From contig CM082584.2 of assembly GCA_040954595.2 (NCBI GenBank), positions 12,120,875-12,184,874 of the forward strand: a stretch of DNA of 64,000 nt, in the 5' to 3' direction. The DNA comes from Balanoglossus misakiensis (taxonomy: Eukaryota > Animalia > Hemichordata). This document shows positions 51,201 to 64,000 of the stretch, one piece after another. A model generated the notes under the pieces. It saw only the letters and a list, made by a program, of their open reading frames with translations. It ran no database searches and was not told where the DNA came from. Position 1 is the stretch's first letter, and each line of letters begins with the position of its first letter. Made by a program: the position numbers and the translations under genes.

Positions 51201-54200
51201 TTGGCCTGTGTGTCCATGGCACACTAGATCATTTGAAGTCAGAACCAGCAAAATTTAAATGTAACCTTCTGACACTGGAACTCACAAAAATGTGTGCTAA
51301 ATCCATTCCAATGTCCTCATCATCACAGCAGTTAGGATAAATGCATATGGTACTATTAACATGGAATAGATAAACCTAGTTTTCCGACGGAGAATTACAG
51401 GCTCGTGCAATTAACTTTAAAAGCTTTTGCTGCTTATATCCTTCAAGTCCATTATTTAATAACGTTTGATGCAGAAATAACTGTTTCAAATTTAGCCAGG
51501 TTTAAGGATTGGTAGATTTAGAGATAAAATGCAATACTCTTGCTCTTTAACAATGAGTTCTCTTAGCGTCAGATATCTTGACTCTTCCAGTCTAGAAATT
51601 ATCTCGACTCTTCCCTCAGCGTCAGAAATCTTGACTTGTGATTCTGACCTCTCAGTTGGATAGCGAGATGATCCCCATTAACGGCAAGGAAATAGGGAAA
51701 TTCAATTTGTTCACCAGGGAAAATCATGCCGTGATCGGCTCCATTGCCTCTTAAGATGAAGCCTGCTTCTGTGTGAGTGGTCTTGCTCAAGAACTGGGAT
51801 GCATATACAGCTGCAGCCTATGTTAGATTCTAACTTCAGTCACCTATGTTTACATGTGCACAAGGTAGCTTTGCCATTTTTGAAGATGATTATCTGGCTC
51901 ATCTATAACTACACCATAATACTGAGGCAACGTGTGATGTCTCATTTGTGTATTTATCATTCCAGCACATTCAGATGTACTGCAGGCACCTTACCTGTCC
52001 TAGATACTAGACCTTCACCCATAGTGATGAAGAGTGAAAAAAATCCTTGAAACAATTACATTTTGTAGTCACACTGAATGTGATTTTGTAGTTTGAAGGA
52101 AATCATGAAAACAAGAAAGATTATAAGCATTCAAAAATTAGCCTGGTTGGGTGGCATTCAGGAGAAGGCATTCCGTTTAACTCGTTAACAAGTAAGTGAA
52201 ACGGTTGGAATGATTTCAGCATTTCTAAAGGCAATCTTGCTATTAATAAAATAACACTTGAAGCACGCATGGCTGTACTGTCCACTTGAGCTCATTGAAA
52301 TGCTGTGATTCTAGAGCATTTTGTTGATTCTGTCAGGCAGTGTCGTTTGCCCAGTTCAATTACAGACTGACTCAGATGGCATTCCCGGGAGATGTGACTG
52401 AGTTTTTATCAAGCAGTGGTTAGAAACCGCCCCTGTATGGGCATAAGTGAACATGCAGTTGCCAGGTTGTTGGAATCTGTCTCCATGGCAACAAATGACT
52501 AAAAATGAACTCTTTTATGGTCCAGAAAATATAATATGAGGAACTTAATAAGTTGGATTTGAAGAGCTCTGTTTATACACCGCTCTAATTAAATATACTT
52601 AATTTAAAATCTCGCCACATCAACAGGGAATCGTGTTATACGGTACTTACTGGCTTTCAATTGTAGAACAATTTCTCTGACTGGTTATGTCTTTACCACT
52701 CGCAAATCTGATTTACAACATCATCTTGGTGTGTTTCTGTGGGAACAACAGACCACCCGGAAAATAAAAATTCTTTTCAAACTCAGATGTGTGGTCTATA
52801 TCCCCCAAATCGATAAAATTTGCAAATAGACACACGTAGTAAAATAAAGAATGAACTTTATTGGATGGTTGGTGCCCATTTTTGTCATATGCACAGTGTG
52901 AAATACCTCTGACTTTTCTTTATTGCAGTTTGAATACAGATATAAAGTTATACGAACAAGATGTAAGAAGTTAATGCAGTCGTCTCTCCTTGTTTATTAA
53001 TGCATGAGAAGTTTTGTCTTTTTTTAAGAGTGACATAATTCTGACTCTCGTTCGGATCAAATATAAGTATGCCGTGATGATATATGTTAGACAATATTAT
53101 TCTGTGGCAGCATGTTTCTGTAAGTCACCAAGAATAGTAATCGACTGAAAGCATTAATTCAAACAAGAGTGCTTGAATTAAATTTGCAAGTATATTAATT
53201 CACTCCAGTAATGTAATGGCTTTGGGCTTATGCGTCATTGAGAATAAGGAGAATTATTTCAGGGTGCCTATTAAGTGCAACAAAATGAGAGAACTTTGCA
53301 ATTCGATGAAGGGATAAAAAGACGAGTTGAAAGGCTTCCGAATGCCAGGGAGGAAGCACATTCAGTTTTGATTTTAAGTAACTTGAAAGGTTGTCTGTGC
53401 ACTGATTCTGAATTAGAGTTAGACTACCAAAATGTTTGAAATCGAAAATGATATGTCATAGTCGATGTGATTAAGTATCCAAGGTTGTACAGATTTATCA
53501 GTGATGGCACTGAAAAAAAAAGTTCAGGTTTTCAAAATGGCCGACATATCACAACTGATGTAATACGTACATGTACATATGTTAACTTTTATTGACATAC
53601 AGCCTCAAAGGGAAACATCTAGTGTGTTTAAGGCAAGAAGAAATATCTCATTGGACACAATATTGTTCTCAACATAAATGACAAGCTTTGGTATCATATG
53701 AAGACAATAAACAGTCACTGCAGCTCTCATTAATTACTGGCATACCTTGTCAATAACATTAAAACTTGCCAACGCCTGAACATAATTACATTTAATATAA
53801 AACCTGCCAATTAGCTTGACTTGAATCTCCCGTTGCATATACTTTGCGCATGAGAAGTCTTGAGACATCACCCACAGTGCTTGAAAACTTGATACAGGCA
53901 ATAGAAATGAACCAACAAGCTGTATATACTTGTGCAAAGCGTTCAGTGCCAAGACCAATCCCATGTTGTGTCTGTTCAAGTCCTAGCAAGCAAAACAGTA
54001 GACATTATCACCCTATCATGTTACATACTGCATGTGACTTGCAGTTGCTGGGTGATAAATTTTAGATGCACTCTGTGGTCGTAGCCAAGTTGCATTTAAT
54101 ACCGCCGTTCACTAGGCTAACACAAGTTCCGTTTCTTTCGGTTTGATAAATCAGTCATGATGCTTCCTTGTGTCTGTCTCGTAATTTTCTGTGATTCAAA

Positions 54201-57200
54201 CATCTCCTGAGTTTTAAATCAATTACGTAGAGTTTTCCTCGTATCAGTTGACTAATTTTCTGTTGCTGTAGTTTTCTGTGGCCTTCAGTGACTGTCCTCA
54301 TTCTGTGAAACATCAACATCCAGTAATGATATCAAAGTCTTTGCGCATTTTCAAGGCAACTTTTATGTTTACAGAAAAGTAAATTATTCATTTGCGCAAT
54401 AAAATGGAATTAGCATCTCTTTTTATGTGTCTGACAGCTTGAAAATCTGTCATGTCTGAAATCACAACTCATGCAGACGTAAAAAGAAATGAGAAAGTAA
54501 TAAGAAATGTTACGACGTGTATTTTCTTCTTTGTGAAAGATCTGCAGGAATGTTTATACAGCAAATTCAATTAATACCATGGCTCATATCAGTTAATGGA
54601 CAAGTGTTTATAAAGCAGCCGGCGCTACACAAACATGTTTGGGTAACATCAACAAGGCGAGGAAAAAGTAGTAAACATCTCTAAATGAGAAGCTAATAAT
54701 TGTAGAACTTACCCTGAGGGGAATTTAATGATTGTGGATGCCACCAGGCATACCAAAATGGGAAAATAAAACTTTCATGGTCATTAATACGAGTGTCTTA
54801 TCATTTGGAACTCAGAAGTAATATATATTGTAATGAACTCTAGTTGTTTTTCTTTTACGTTTCAGAATTCTTATTTCAGGTAAATCGATAAATTCCATTT
54901 TGTGCATAAATGTGTGGGTGGCTATATTGCATAATGGCAAGTCACTGCATTTCAGAATAACTTGATATACTTCGCTTGGGTTTGAATTCCACACATCCAG
55001 GTTAAAACTCATTTTGTACAAAAAATTACGACTGCCCTTTTCACTGCAAATCAGTCTTGACATTTTAAGAAAATACAGTGACATGGGAAAATTGATGGCT
55101 TTGCTTTCATAAAATACTGGTGTAATCCAATGAGTTCTGAAGCTTTAGTGCAGCTGAATAGCTTATAGGTTCAGAAAGTCTGAATTGGCATAATGAAAAG
55201 ATCAGAATATTATTCGTGTGCACTGCGTGGTATTTCTGTGGCACGCACAGAAAGGTGAAAGCAGAGGTTGCCGTTGATTGACATTCTGTTTGCGTGTACA
55301 CAAGTCCACCCACTGGGCAGTCTTGGCTCTCCCTGTTTTAAAGTGGACGAGTCTGCTGTTTATGGCCCAAAACTGTTAGGACTGTTCCAAATTGTGTGCG
55401 ACTGTAGGGGTGGTGGAGGGAGCCAGGCAGGTGACTTAAAGCCGTAATTGACATTCAGTGGAGTGGTGCACTCCCAGTCTGAGGACACTTGTATAAACAC
55501 TGATGCCTATCAGTCAAATCATGTTCTGAGAAGGCAGTGGCCAACTTGCCATTAGCTGTAAAATCTAGCTCTGCAATTGCTGACTGTCCTACAGCATCAC
55601 CATTCTGTGTGGATGTCAGTGGAATTCACTTCATCAGCCAGTTCACTCCTGGAGACACGGAACCTATATGCGCGGTTGATAGCTCAGCCTTGATACAGCG
55701 AATTTGTTTTGATTGAGGACTATCGGAATGCACACACAATCTGGGGAAACCCAGGAGGTTTGCTGGTAATCGCTGAATCATGTTACTTGAAGGTGAGATT
55801 TTTTAAGAACATTTATTCAGCATTCGTAGGGATTAAAATTTGTTTCCATCTATCACAGAAATTAATCCAGCCGATGTTTTTTTCAAGATGTGGATGTGAC
55901 GGGCTTACTTGAGTAGCTTGTAGCGTTTACGGATGAGAGGCACTGATGGATGTAGTCTCTGTGATGTGAAGGTCAAGTGCAATGGTCTGCTGTCATTTCA
56001 AATTAGTCTTCTGTAAAGATGCACCCACGGCAATGTCAGTTTCACGTTTGAAGTTTGTTGGATTTAGAGAGTGGTGACGTGAATACTGTACTGCTTACTC
56101 AAATGTAACTTGATACATAATGTAATTATTAACAATGTCAGCCCTTGCCATGTGTATATTCTGTTTACGTCCATATATGCAGACATATCCCATTGCAGAC
56201 TGTTTATGTCGCTCACGGGTTGTGAGTTCTGCATACTCCCAAGTTTCTTTCCAAAATTCTCTTTACGCATTCTTCAAAATTTCTTGGAAATTCTTTTACT
56301 GGTTTGAAATGAATTTTTTGTATTGCCTGTAATCTTCAACAAGTAAAGTTACAACAAAATTATCTTATACAAAAATCGGAGCGATGGATATTTGAATGAG
56401 GTGTACGGTAAACAAAGCTGTTAGTAGATCAAGCTAGGGAGTTTTTTGTAATTATGTTCACATAGAATGAAATTGACTCCCTAGCCATGTGAACAAGCAT
56501 GAACTGAATGACTGCTATTGATCCAGTAGCTGTGTGGTTACTGGAAAGATATTTATATGCATGTACTTTTCTTAAACCATTAAAAATTCCATGTGGTAAG
56601 ATACCAAAACAAGCTTTAGGTTAATTGTAACAGACATGCCAATCAAGCTTGTCATTGATTTCTAACTGAGTTAGTTGGTATTCAACTCAGCAGACATCAA
56701 ACATCAGTCACAATGCCACAGTGAGAAAGGTGCAATTTGGCATCTGCTCTCATTCAGTGTGCTGGTCATGTACTTTGGCAAGACTATATTAGATAAAACC
56801 ATGTGGACATTGTCAGTAGAGGACGGCAGGATCAATATTTGATGTATTTTCGTTAATTCATTGTTGTGGCAACGAGTACTTTAGCTGTCGGTGCTGAATC
56901 TAATTCCAGCTAGGAACCTCCCCATAGTTTTTCCAGCTGATTCTGATCGCTATTCATCTTCTGCAGTCCAGGCTTTCATTATTTTCACATCTATCTTTGT
57001 TCTGTCATTATGCAGATTAAGAAAATGTGGGCATTCATGTGTTTTTTTTGCAGAAACCCTCTCAACAGCTTTGTCATTAGAGTACAAGGTTAATGGAGAT
57101 TCGAGTGTGTGAGGGTATAAAATGATAAACTATCCACTTAGAGACATCAGCAATGCATTCAAAGTTGGAAGTATAATTGAAAATACCTGTCCTAGAGGGA

Positions 57201-60200
57201 TTGGTTTATTTGAAAACATGGGCTCTGATCAATGCATCCTCAACAGAATGTCTGAAGGGACCCAGTTTTCTCAAAACTAAATTGATTTTTTGTGGAAATT
57301 TCTACTCCAGAGGAGCAGATCCAGAACCCGCATCTTTTCATTGGGCCTTCGCGGAGGAAGTAATACATCATGATAACATAAATGTCTAAACCAATATAGT
57401 TAAAATATACCAGGGCTTTTAAGATTTGTCAGAAACATTTGGATCTAGGATGTCTGCACATGCCAGCAGGTATATAGAAGTTTACATTAAAAAAATTGCT
57501 GTGACATACTCTGCCATCGTCAAAAATTACGGCCTCAAAATATTCACTTGTGCCTGTATGCAGATGTGAGCTGTAATGCTGATTCAGCATATGCCAAAAT
57601 TACTTAAACCGATTAGCAAGGGAATCAAAAATGGCCAAAATAGCATCAATATTGTCAACTTTATCCATGTATTAAAGTGGCAGTACTCTGTGCTGTGTTT
57701 TCTACATGTACACTTGTAAGCTTTCTCATGTCTCCTTTCATTATATTGTTGGCTTTAATTCAGGTGCTCTAATTAACAGCCAGGATTGTGATGTCTTGTC
57801 AAACTTCTATTCCCTGAAGATTTGATTCAATCTTTACAGGGGAATTACCTGACAAATCATGTTTTTTTAAATGTCATACCACTGGTACAATAATTATTTT
57901 ATAAAAATGCTTCCGCTAGAAATCCATCAGCAAAGCCTAATGAACGTGGTAAAAATAATCAAGAACCTAGGAAGTGTGTGGAGCATTTTGAAATCATATA
58001 TTATATAGTGATTAATGAGTTTGCAGAAGGAATGTATGCAGACCTCAGTGATTGTTTCAAAGCCTATTTAGTTATGCTGGGATCATCTCCTGCATTAGGT
58101 TTTTATAGATAGGGAGTTATGTGAGTAGGGTTATTATCTATGGGGTATTTAAATCTGCTTTGGTGCCAGGGCTCTAATCAAATGTATATCACGTACCAGC
58201 AGGCAATTAAGAAAGAATGTTAGTTGCCATGTATGAGGAATCCCAGAATGCTTCTCTTGGAGAGTTTTCTGCTTTGGAAAGCTAACAGGTCAGCCATAGA
58301 GAGTCAATTTTGACAGTGAGAGTTGTTTTTTTGTTTTTGTTGCGGTAAGATTCCGGATGCCCTGCAGCAATGTGTGAGATACATGTATAGGCTTGGATAC
58401 ACGGACCAGTGTATCAGTTGTTGAGGCTGTCGGAGTGTATATTGTATTATGCCCATGCGCGGATCCTGAATCAAGATTGTTTGTTATCTACATTACACAT
58501 ACCCAGTCTATACATCCAAAGTCCGTATTGGGGATATCAGGGAGAAATCTTAGAGTCTTGAAAGACTGAACACATAGCCAGCTTTCTCCCTCATTTTGTG
58601 GGTCTGAATTGACTTCGCCAAATGGCTGCCGTTTCCAATGTGATGGACTGGATGAGTTATCTGCACGGTTAGTCTTAAAACTGGCTCAGGAGAATTCCAA
58701 CTGTATGACGGACAGTGTAACCACATGGAAACATTTCTCATAATCATGCCAGACGAGACAGAGCACCTGATCAATGGTAAACTAACACTATATTTCTATT
58801 TTCTGTTGTTTTGCTCATAATATTCAAGTGGCAAGCCACTGGATTTCTTTCATGTAATTGTAATTATAATATAGTATGAGCTTTTCCATTAAATTTTCTG
58901 ACTGCATCCATGGAGACCTGACTTTGTCATCAGATGAAAACATATTGATTGATTACAGAAATATTGATTTTTCAACTTTGCTTATTAATAAAAAGCTGAG
59001 AGATGGCTTTGATTTGATGTTTCTGAAAAGGGTTATTTACAGCCAAAAGAAGACCCTTGGTGATTGTGTTTCCTTGTCTACCATTGAAACTTGAAGGTTT
59101 GGCTTTCATGAGTATTAATCCCAACACTTAAATAGTCTACACTCGAAATGCAAGGAGCTTAGAGATCATAATCTGTACAGCAAATCATTATTTTCCCGGG
59201 TAACGATATGGTTGGACATGTACAGTGTATTAAAGCTTCAGGTCTCGTCTAACCAGCAAATGAAAAGAAGATACAGAAAATTGTTCGTGATGGCATTTTG
59301 TCTGACGATTTGTGTGTCTGTAAGAATTTTATAACAATTCTTTGATAAGGAACAAATCACTGTTTGTTTGTGTTTTTTTTGGGGGGAAAGGGTAAATTTG
59401 TTAATGTTGTAAGAATGTTTTGCTGTTCTGTCGTTGAGTCTATAGCTGTACAAACTGTGATTTGAAGCCCCACGAGGCCAGACCTGAACTTCCATCTTTA
59501 TTTTTAGCCTCCGCGTCTGTACTGTACTTTTGTAAGCAGATCAATATGCTAACCAATGTTGTATGTGTAATCTGATTTAGCCAATGTGTGTATTGAATTG
59601 TGGTTTGCCTTCTCCGTTCCTCCTTGGGGGAAGAGTCAGTAGTCTTATTTCAATGGTGTTTCTGCAATGGAAATGAGGAAATGAGAATTTAATTGTAATT
59701 GCATTAAATAAAGTAAGTCCTCAGGCAGAATTGGTTATTGTGAAAGCCAGGCTTTTTTTAATACATTCAGTCACTCAGCTGGAAAGAAAACTTCAGTGTG
59801 TGTATAAGCACAGACACTACAACTTTAATCATTGGGACAGAGAATCAGAAGTGAGTTGGTGTGGTTGCCTTGGTAATATGATATAATGAGTATTTCCATA
59901 CATACTTTGTATACAGACAGTGTACTTTGATAGGGGTCTCAGTTATTCCCTTGGGGCAAGTGTAACATTTCTTGAATCTGTTTCGTGATTTTAATGCATT
60001 TCTTCACAAACTGAGGGATTGATCTGAGGTCCAGAGAGAATGCTAGTTGAACTCAAACCTATTTTTGTCTCTGGCAAACATGATATAGTTTAAATATAAA
60101 GCACTCTGTATATTATACAAAATACCAAAAGGACAGTATCATATATTTTCTCATGTTTGTATCGCAAAATAGTTTATATTTTTCAGTGATAATGTATAAT

Positions 60201-63200
60201 TCATACCAATTGTCCTTCACTTGTAAATACTAGGGAAAGAAAAAGGAGCAAGAGTTCAGTCATCTGTGTAGTTGATAAAACTTGCCAGAATATATTCTCT
60301 TCTCTGCCAATCTGTGTGATTACATCTGCGCGAGCCCTGAACTAGCCAGCCTTGATCAATTTACTCACCAACCACACTCTGTCATGAGATCAATATTTTA
60401 TCAGGTAAATTTGAAATGCGCGGTCGAGGTTGTAGAATTAAATGCTTGAGTGTCTCCATTTAAGGCTTCAGTGCTGGTGAAGTGTACAAACAGGGCTGTC
60501 GATCGTGGCCTGATTGTTTGCGATGAAAATTACGGACCTGTCAGGGTCTTTTTTCCCTGAATTAAACTTCCCTTCTTCATATCTCCCAAAGGCACATAAG
60601 CAGTATCCTTGCTCCATTTCGATTTAAAATACAGCAAATGTATCACAAATAATTTTTAAAAAAACCCCACAATTGTATGTTTGGGTTCCATGAAGACCTA
60701 AACACAACCTAAATCACATTCACAATCACACACCAGTAGTGGATTCCAAACACACAGTTACTTTTTAAAGAGTTAAAAATAACGTGAAATTGCTTATTCA
60801 GGCTTTGAGTTCATAGTCTGTCACTCAAGTGGCGCAGCTGACTGTGTTGTACGTCTGCCCGAGGGTTCATAATGTACATTCCGTGCGTGTAACCATAAAC
60901 TCCGAATGTCAGAGTGCAGTTACTGCCCAGTTTGATGTCGAAACCACCGGAAGTATTTATGGAGAAGTACAGTAATAAAAGCATGCTGAGATAGAAAATA
61001 CAGGCATATTAAACTCTCTTGGCATGATGAATATAGGGTATGCTTGAAATGTTAAATAGTGGCACTATCCACTGCAATAACTACATTTTGCCATAGGGTA
61101 TAGGTCTGTAGAAGTTCAATGTCTCATACTTACCTTTTACATTTGTATTTATTTTTTTGCTTGCAGAAAAAATTTCCAATAAATATGGGGATCTGCCTGG
61201 AGAGCTTTTCTTGATTGAACTTGAGAAAAATGAGTATGGGCTTGGTCTGAGGTGAGTAATCGCAACATCCACTGTATAGTCTTGCCAAATATCCACTAGT
61301 TTCCTATGTCATGATGTTCTTGAAAACATTTTGTTGTCTTTTTTGTCACTTGTCAATAGCTTGGCCGGTAATAAAGACAGGAACAAGGCCAGTGTGTTTG
61401 TTGTCGGTGTCCGACCAGATGGTGCTGCTGCCGAGGATGGGAGAATTCAAGTGGGAGACGAAATCCTTGAGGTATTAGTGGATTTATACTGTCTTGGAAA
61501 ATTGATTAGAGAAGACTGCACAAACTTATGTTTAATGTCGATGATGTATGACAAGTGTTAGTATATCACATTTTTTGCATTGATTTTAGATCAACGGTAC
61601 AGTATTGTACGGAAGAAGTCATCAAAATGCTTCGGCCATCATCAAGGGGATACAAGGTAGCGTGGTAAAAATCATCATCATACGAAATGAAGAGAATCTG
61701 TCACACTTAGCTGTGGCACCTCTACATTTTTATCCAACCCTCAAAACAAAGGTAATACATGCAGCTATGCATAGTTTATCTTATATGAATCGTGAATGAA
61801 CTTGCTACGAGGAGAAAGAATCTTCTTATGGATATGTTTGACCTATTAGGTTACATGTGGTATGCAGTTATATCATTGCGGCCACAAAGGCCATGCATAC
61901 CAGATACCACCCACCCACCCGGAATGTATCTTATCGATAATTTTACTGCCACTGCGGATGTAGGATCAAATGTTTATCCATCATATACATGAACATTAAA
62001 GACAGAAATAGATTATCTGTCATCCAGCAAATGACAAAATTGTTCAATATTATCCAGTGTTATTTATGAGATCATTATTCTCTCTGTTTCTCAGCTTCCC
62101 TTCCTTAAGGCCATGTTTTGCTTAGCTTCTATTTGATATAGACAAATGGAAACTCATATTGTATCTGACAAATGATTCTGATATAAATCTTTTAAAACTA
62201 TTTTCAGAGTGAGTTAGACGCAGATGTGGTGAGGCACTCCCCACACAGCACTCCTAAACGAGCTATCCCACATCTTGGTAACAACATAGCCAATCAACAT
62301 GGCTCACCAATTCATGGACTACACATGGATTTGTCACACTTTCCGAATGTGCAAACCATTACACTACAAAAGGTGGGTGCAAAAGATTTATTCTGAAAGG
62401 GGGCGAAGGGGAGGGGGTGATGTTGATTATTATTCTATTTTGATGAGTGTAATTTAAATGATTTATTTGATTTGACAATTTCAGGGATCTGGAAGTTTGG
62501 GTTTGGCAATACAGGCCAGAGAAGCTGGAATATTTGTCAAAGACGTCACATTTGGTGGAGCTGCATTTCAGGTAATCTGTGCTACATTGGTTAGCATTTC
62601 CCTTCCTAGTTAAGATTGGTTAGCAAGTCACATATCTCAGTGGAGTTTGGTTAACAATGCTCTTCCTAGGTAGAGTTGGTTAGCCGTGCATCTGTGATGA
62701 ACCATGGTTGAGAGAGTGTTTTCAGTAATTTTTTATCTACTGAGTTTTACTGCACCAGTTGGAGAGACGTTATGGTTTAATACTAAGTTAAAATGCAATA
62801 TTTTTTACCACTTGTACTCAGGATGGCCGTGTGAAAGTCGGTGACCAACTCCTGGCGGTGGACAAACAATCTCTGTTAGATATATCACAAGAAAAAGCAA
62901 TAAGCATTCTGAAGAACACATCGGACTCTGTACAACTGACAATCAGCGGACAAGGTGAGAATCCATTGGACGATGCGGGAGAATTGACACCTGTCAATCA
63001 AAGATCACCTCTACGGACACCTGTCAATCAATCACCAGTTGAGAAGACCGCTCCTCATCAGTTCACACTGTCAATATCACTAACATCGACCACAGTCACC
63101 ACAACTGCAAGTTCTGTTTCTAACTCTGCTGAGGCGACTGCCGACTTGCCCATCAGCGGCAGTACACATCCACCCTCTCCTTCGACCAGTAGACCTGGAA

Positions 63201-63311
63201 CTTCCCAGGAGGTCCAACAATCACCCATAAAACATGCAGTCTCACCAAAGAAATCACCACCACCACCATTATCATTATCATCATCTACAACTACTACTAC
63301 TAACAATTCAA
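10318..63311 (+). CDS. MPDZ: Multiple PDZ domain protein (MPDZ/MUPP1-PATJ/InaD-like), L27 + PDZ1-9, 3' end beyond window
   Basis: 28 GT-AG exons with consistent phases (about 2266 codons): 10318-10333, 10670-11297, 11529-11766, 11902-12048, 12150-12404, 12548-12653, 12920-13011, 13195-13342, 13601-13813, 13994-14073, 14177-14350, 14965-15342, 15534-15770, 16020-17597, 17977-18289, 20853-21048, 38827-38994, 39488-39741, 41416-41525, 41763-41873, 45099-45218, 45343-45478, 61167-61251, 61360-61471, 61590-61751, 62208-62372, 62485-62571, 62822-63311. Diagnostic peptides: L27 ([17 protein letters not shown]), [105 protein letters not shown]. Confidence 0.96.
14495..14907. mobile_element. Short non-autonomous Kolobok-type MITE (413 bp) in an MPDZ intron
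   Basis: TTAA at 14491-14494 and 14908-14911. TIR GGATGTACG...CGTACATCC (GG..CC ends). Internal perfect 25 bp inverted repeat AATAAAATATAGGGGTCACCGCGCT at 14584-14608 and 14728-14752. Confidence 0.85.
16020..17597 (+). CDS. Giant 1578 nt phase 0-0 MPDZ exon between PDZ5 and PDZ6 (acidic/Pro-rich, with internal repeats)
   Basis: Open frame of 526 codons, acceptor CATTTCTCAG|ATA and donor CAG|GTAAAA. Contains four REAxxAMNxYAxATGxP-like units and RQPSPEP repeats. Confidence 0.85.
19900..19923 (+). CDS. Candidate 24 nt MPDZ microexon in PDZ6 (G-ITIQSHQ-G)
   Basis: Long U-rich tract ending CCATTCAG, donor AAG|GTAATC, phase 1-1 matching the flanking exons. It continues GL-G into GITI, a canonical PDZ carboxylate-loop/betaB sequence. 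Confidence 0.7.
21126..21272. repeat. (GAT)n/(GGT)n trinucleotide microsatellite
   Basis: Direct reading; it explains the poly-His and poly-Ser ORFs on the minus strand. Confidence 0.95.
23652..23746 (+). CDS. Candidate alternative first coding exon of MPDZ ([13 protein letters not shown]...SAR)
   Basis: aagATGG Kozak context, 31 codons + CG, donor CG|GTAGGA in phase 2 matching the acceptor at 38827. Preceded by a CpG-richer UTR-like stretch. Confidence 0.5.
34933..35066. mobile_element. Degenerate TA-flanked MITE (Tc1/mariner-pogo type)
   Basis: TA|CAATAAAACCTGTCTAAACTGAACC ... GGTGTCCGGCTTAGAAGTTTTTACTG|TA: imperfect 25 bp TIRs beginning CA(G/A)TAAAA, TA on both sides, internal repeats of CCTGTC. 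Confidence 0.6.
40747..40788. repeat. Short direct duplication of TAAATTGAGGAATTTCCAG (19 bp x2)
   Basis: Copies at 40747-40765 and 40770-40788. Confidence 0.85.
42718..42746. repeat. (TAGCA)n microsatellite
   Basis: Direct reading. Confidence 0.85.
42913..42945. repeat. (AATC)n microsatellite
   Basis: Direct reading. Confidence 0.9.
48407..48455 (+). CDS. Candidate alternative first coding exon of MPDZ ([16 protein letters not shown])
   Basis: gtcATG, 16 codons + G, strong donor GG|GTAAGA in phase 1 matching the acceptor at 61167 (joins to [12 protein letters not shown] of PDZ8). Confidence 0.5.
48480..48570. repeat. (GA)n/(GACA)n microsatellite
   Basis: Direct reading. Confidence 0.92.
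62587..62684. repeat. Degenerate ~30 bp intronic minisatellite (TTGGTTAGCA...CTTCCTAG), about 3 units
   Basis: TTGGTTA(G/A)C recurs four times at about 30 bp spacing. Confidence 0.65.
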
Positions 63312-63404
63312 GTAAGAATTAATTTTACAACACTTTCACCATCTCACTTGACATGTCTGTACAGTAGAGTTTGTTCTGTAGTGTTGATAAGCTACTTCAA
63401 GTAC

Positions 63405-63480
63405 TGTTTGTTGTGTTGTGCTGTGTTGTGTTGTGTTCTGTTGTTATGTTCTGTTCTGTTCTGTTGTGCTCTGTTGTGTT
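63405..63480. repeat. (TGTTG/TGTTC)n pentanucleotide repeat
   Basis: Direct reading. Confidence 0.85.
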
Positions 63481-64000
63481 CTTTTTCTTTGATGGTTGAA
63501 CTTTGTATGTGCATCTGTTTTCTGGGTGTCTGTACCCAGGATGTCAATTCAAACTACATATGTACACATTACAATTCTACAAAACATTTTATATCATATG
63601 TAATTTATTTATATCACATCAGTAACATTTAAAAAAATAAGTTAGAAAGACTAACAAGTTCTCATCCACTTATGTGACACTCATAGGTTTGTAAAACATC
63701 TAACCTAACATTTATTTAACATTCCACACTGTCGGTCATCAACCCATACAATTTGAGATGCAAAATCTCTGTCATTCTCTGTTGATGAGTTCCCCCAAAA
63801 TTCATCCACACCAAAACATGTTTTATATGTGTTCTAATATTTGGGTGCCGTATACAGCAACCACAGAAAATAATTGAGTTGACTCAGATGGCTGTGGCAT
63901 TTGGTAATAATTTGTACATTTTTAGCAATGAAATATATTTTTGGTGATGTCAGTCACAGGTCGTTTGCCTGCTGCAGATAATGCCGATGACACTTTTTTG

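Noticed and set aside
21049-61166. Nested protein-coding genes, tRNA/snRNA genes or retroelement ORFs in the large introns
   Set aside because: The many 60-140 aa ORFs lack recognisable domains or consistent splice structure, and I saw no tRNA cloverleaf or RT/transposase motifs. Small ncRNAs cannot be excluded without a covariance-model search.
1-64000. CRISPR arrays or prokaryotic operon/defence systems
   Set aside because: The sequence is intron-rich eukaryotic DNA with no repeat-spacer arrays or operon structure.

Overview
Eukaryotic (invertebrate bilaterian-like, AT-rich) genomic DNA with spliceosomal genes; the organism cannot be fixed from the sequence. In order: (1) the last three exons of an SLC13 Na+/carboxylate-sulfate transporter (+); (2) an uncharacterised, mostly low-complexity 2-3 exon gene (+) with an RVxF-type PP1-docking motif; (3) a complete 5-exon TM2D1 gene (-) whose first intron is a U12-type AT-AC intron; (4) head-to-head with it, a large MPDZ/PATJ multi-PDZ scaffold gene (+) with an L27 domain, nine PDZ domains and 28 phase-consistent coding exons, running off the right end. 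The first MPDZ intron holds a 1.8 kb TTAA-flanked Kolobok-type foldback element with 646/647 bp near-identical inverted arms and a decayed KolX/P2X7-ballast-like ORF. A second short Kolobok-type MITE and a TA-flanked MITE are also present. Most notable: the TM2D1-PATJ head-to-head layout matches human; a 1578 nt symmetric exon carries an unrecognised repeated motif; a 24 nt microexon could swap the PDZ6 ligand-binding strand; and the two giant introns hold several phase-matched candidate alternative first exons. Most short ORFs in the supplied track are spurious. All coordinates were read by hand; no searches were run.
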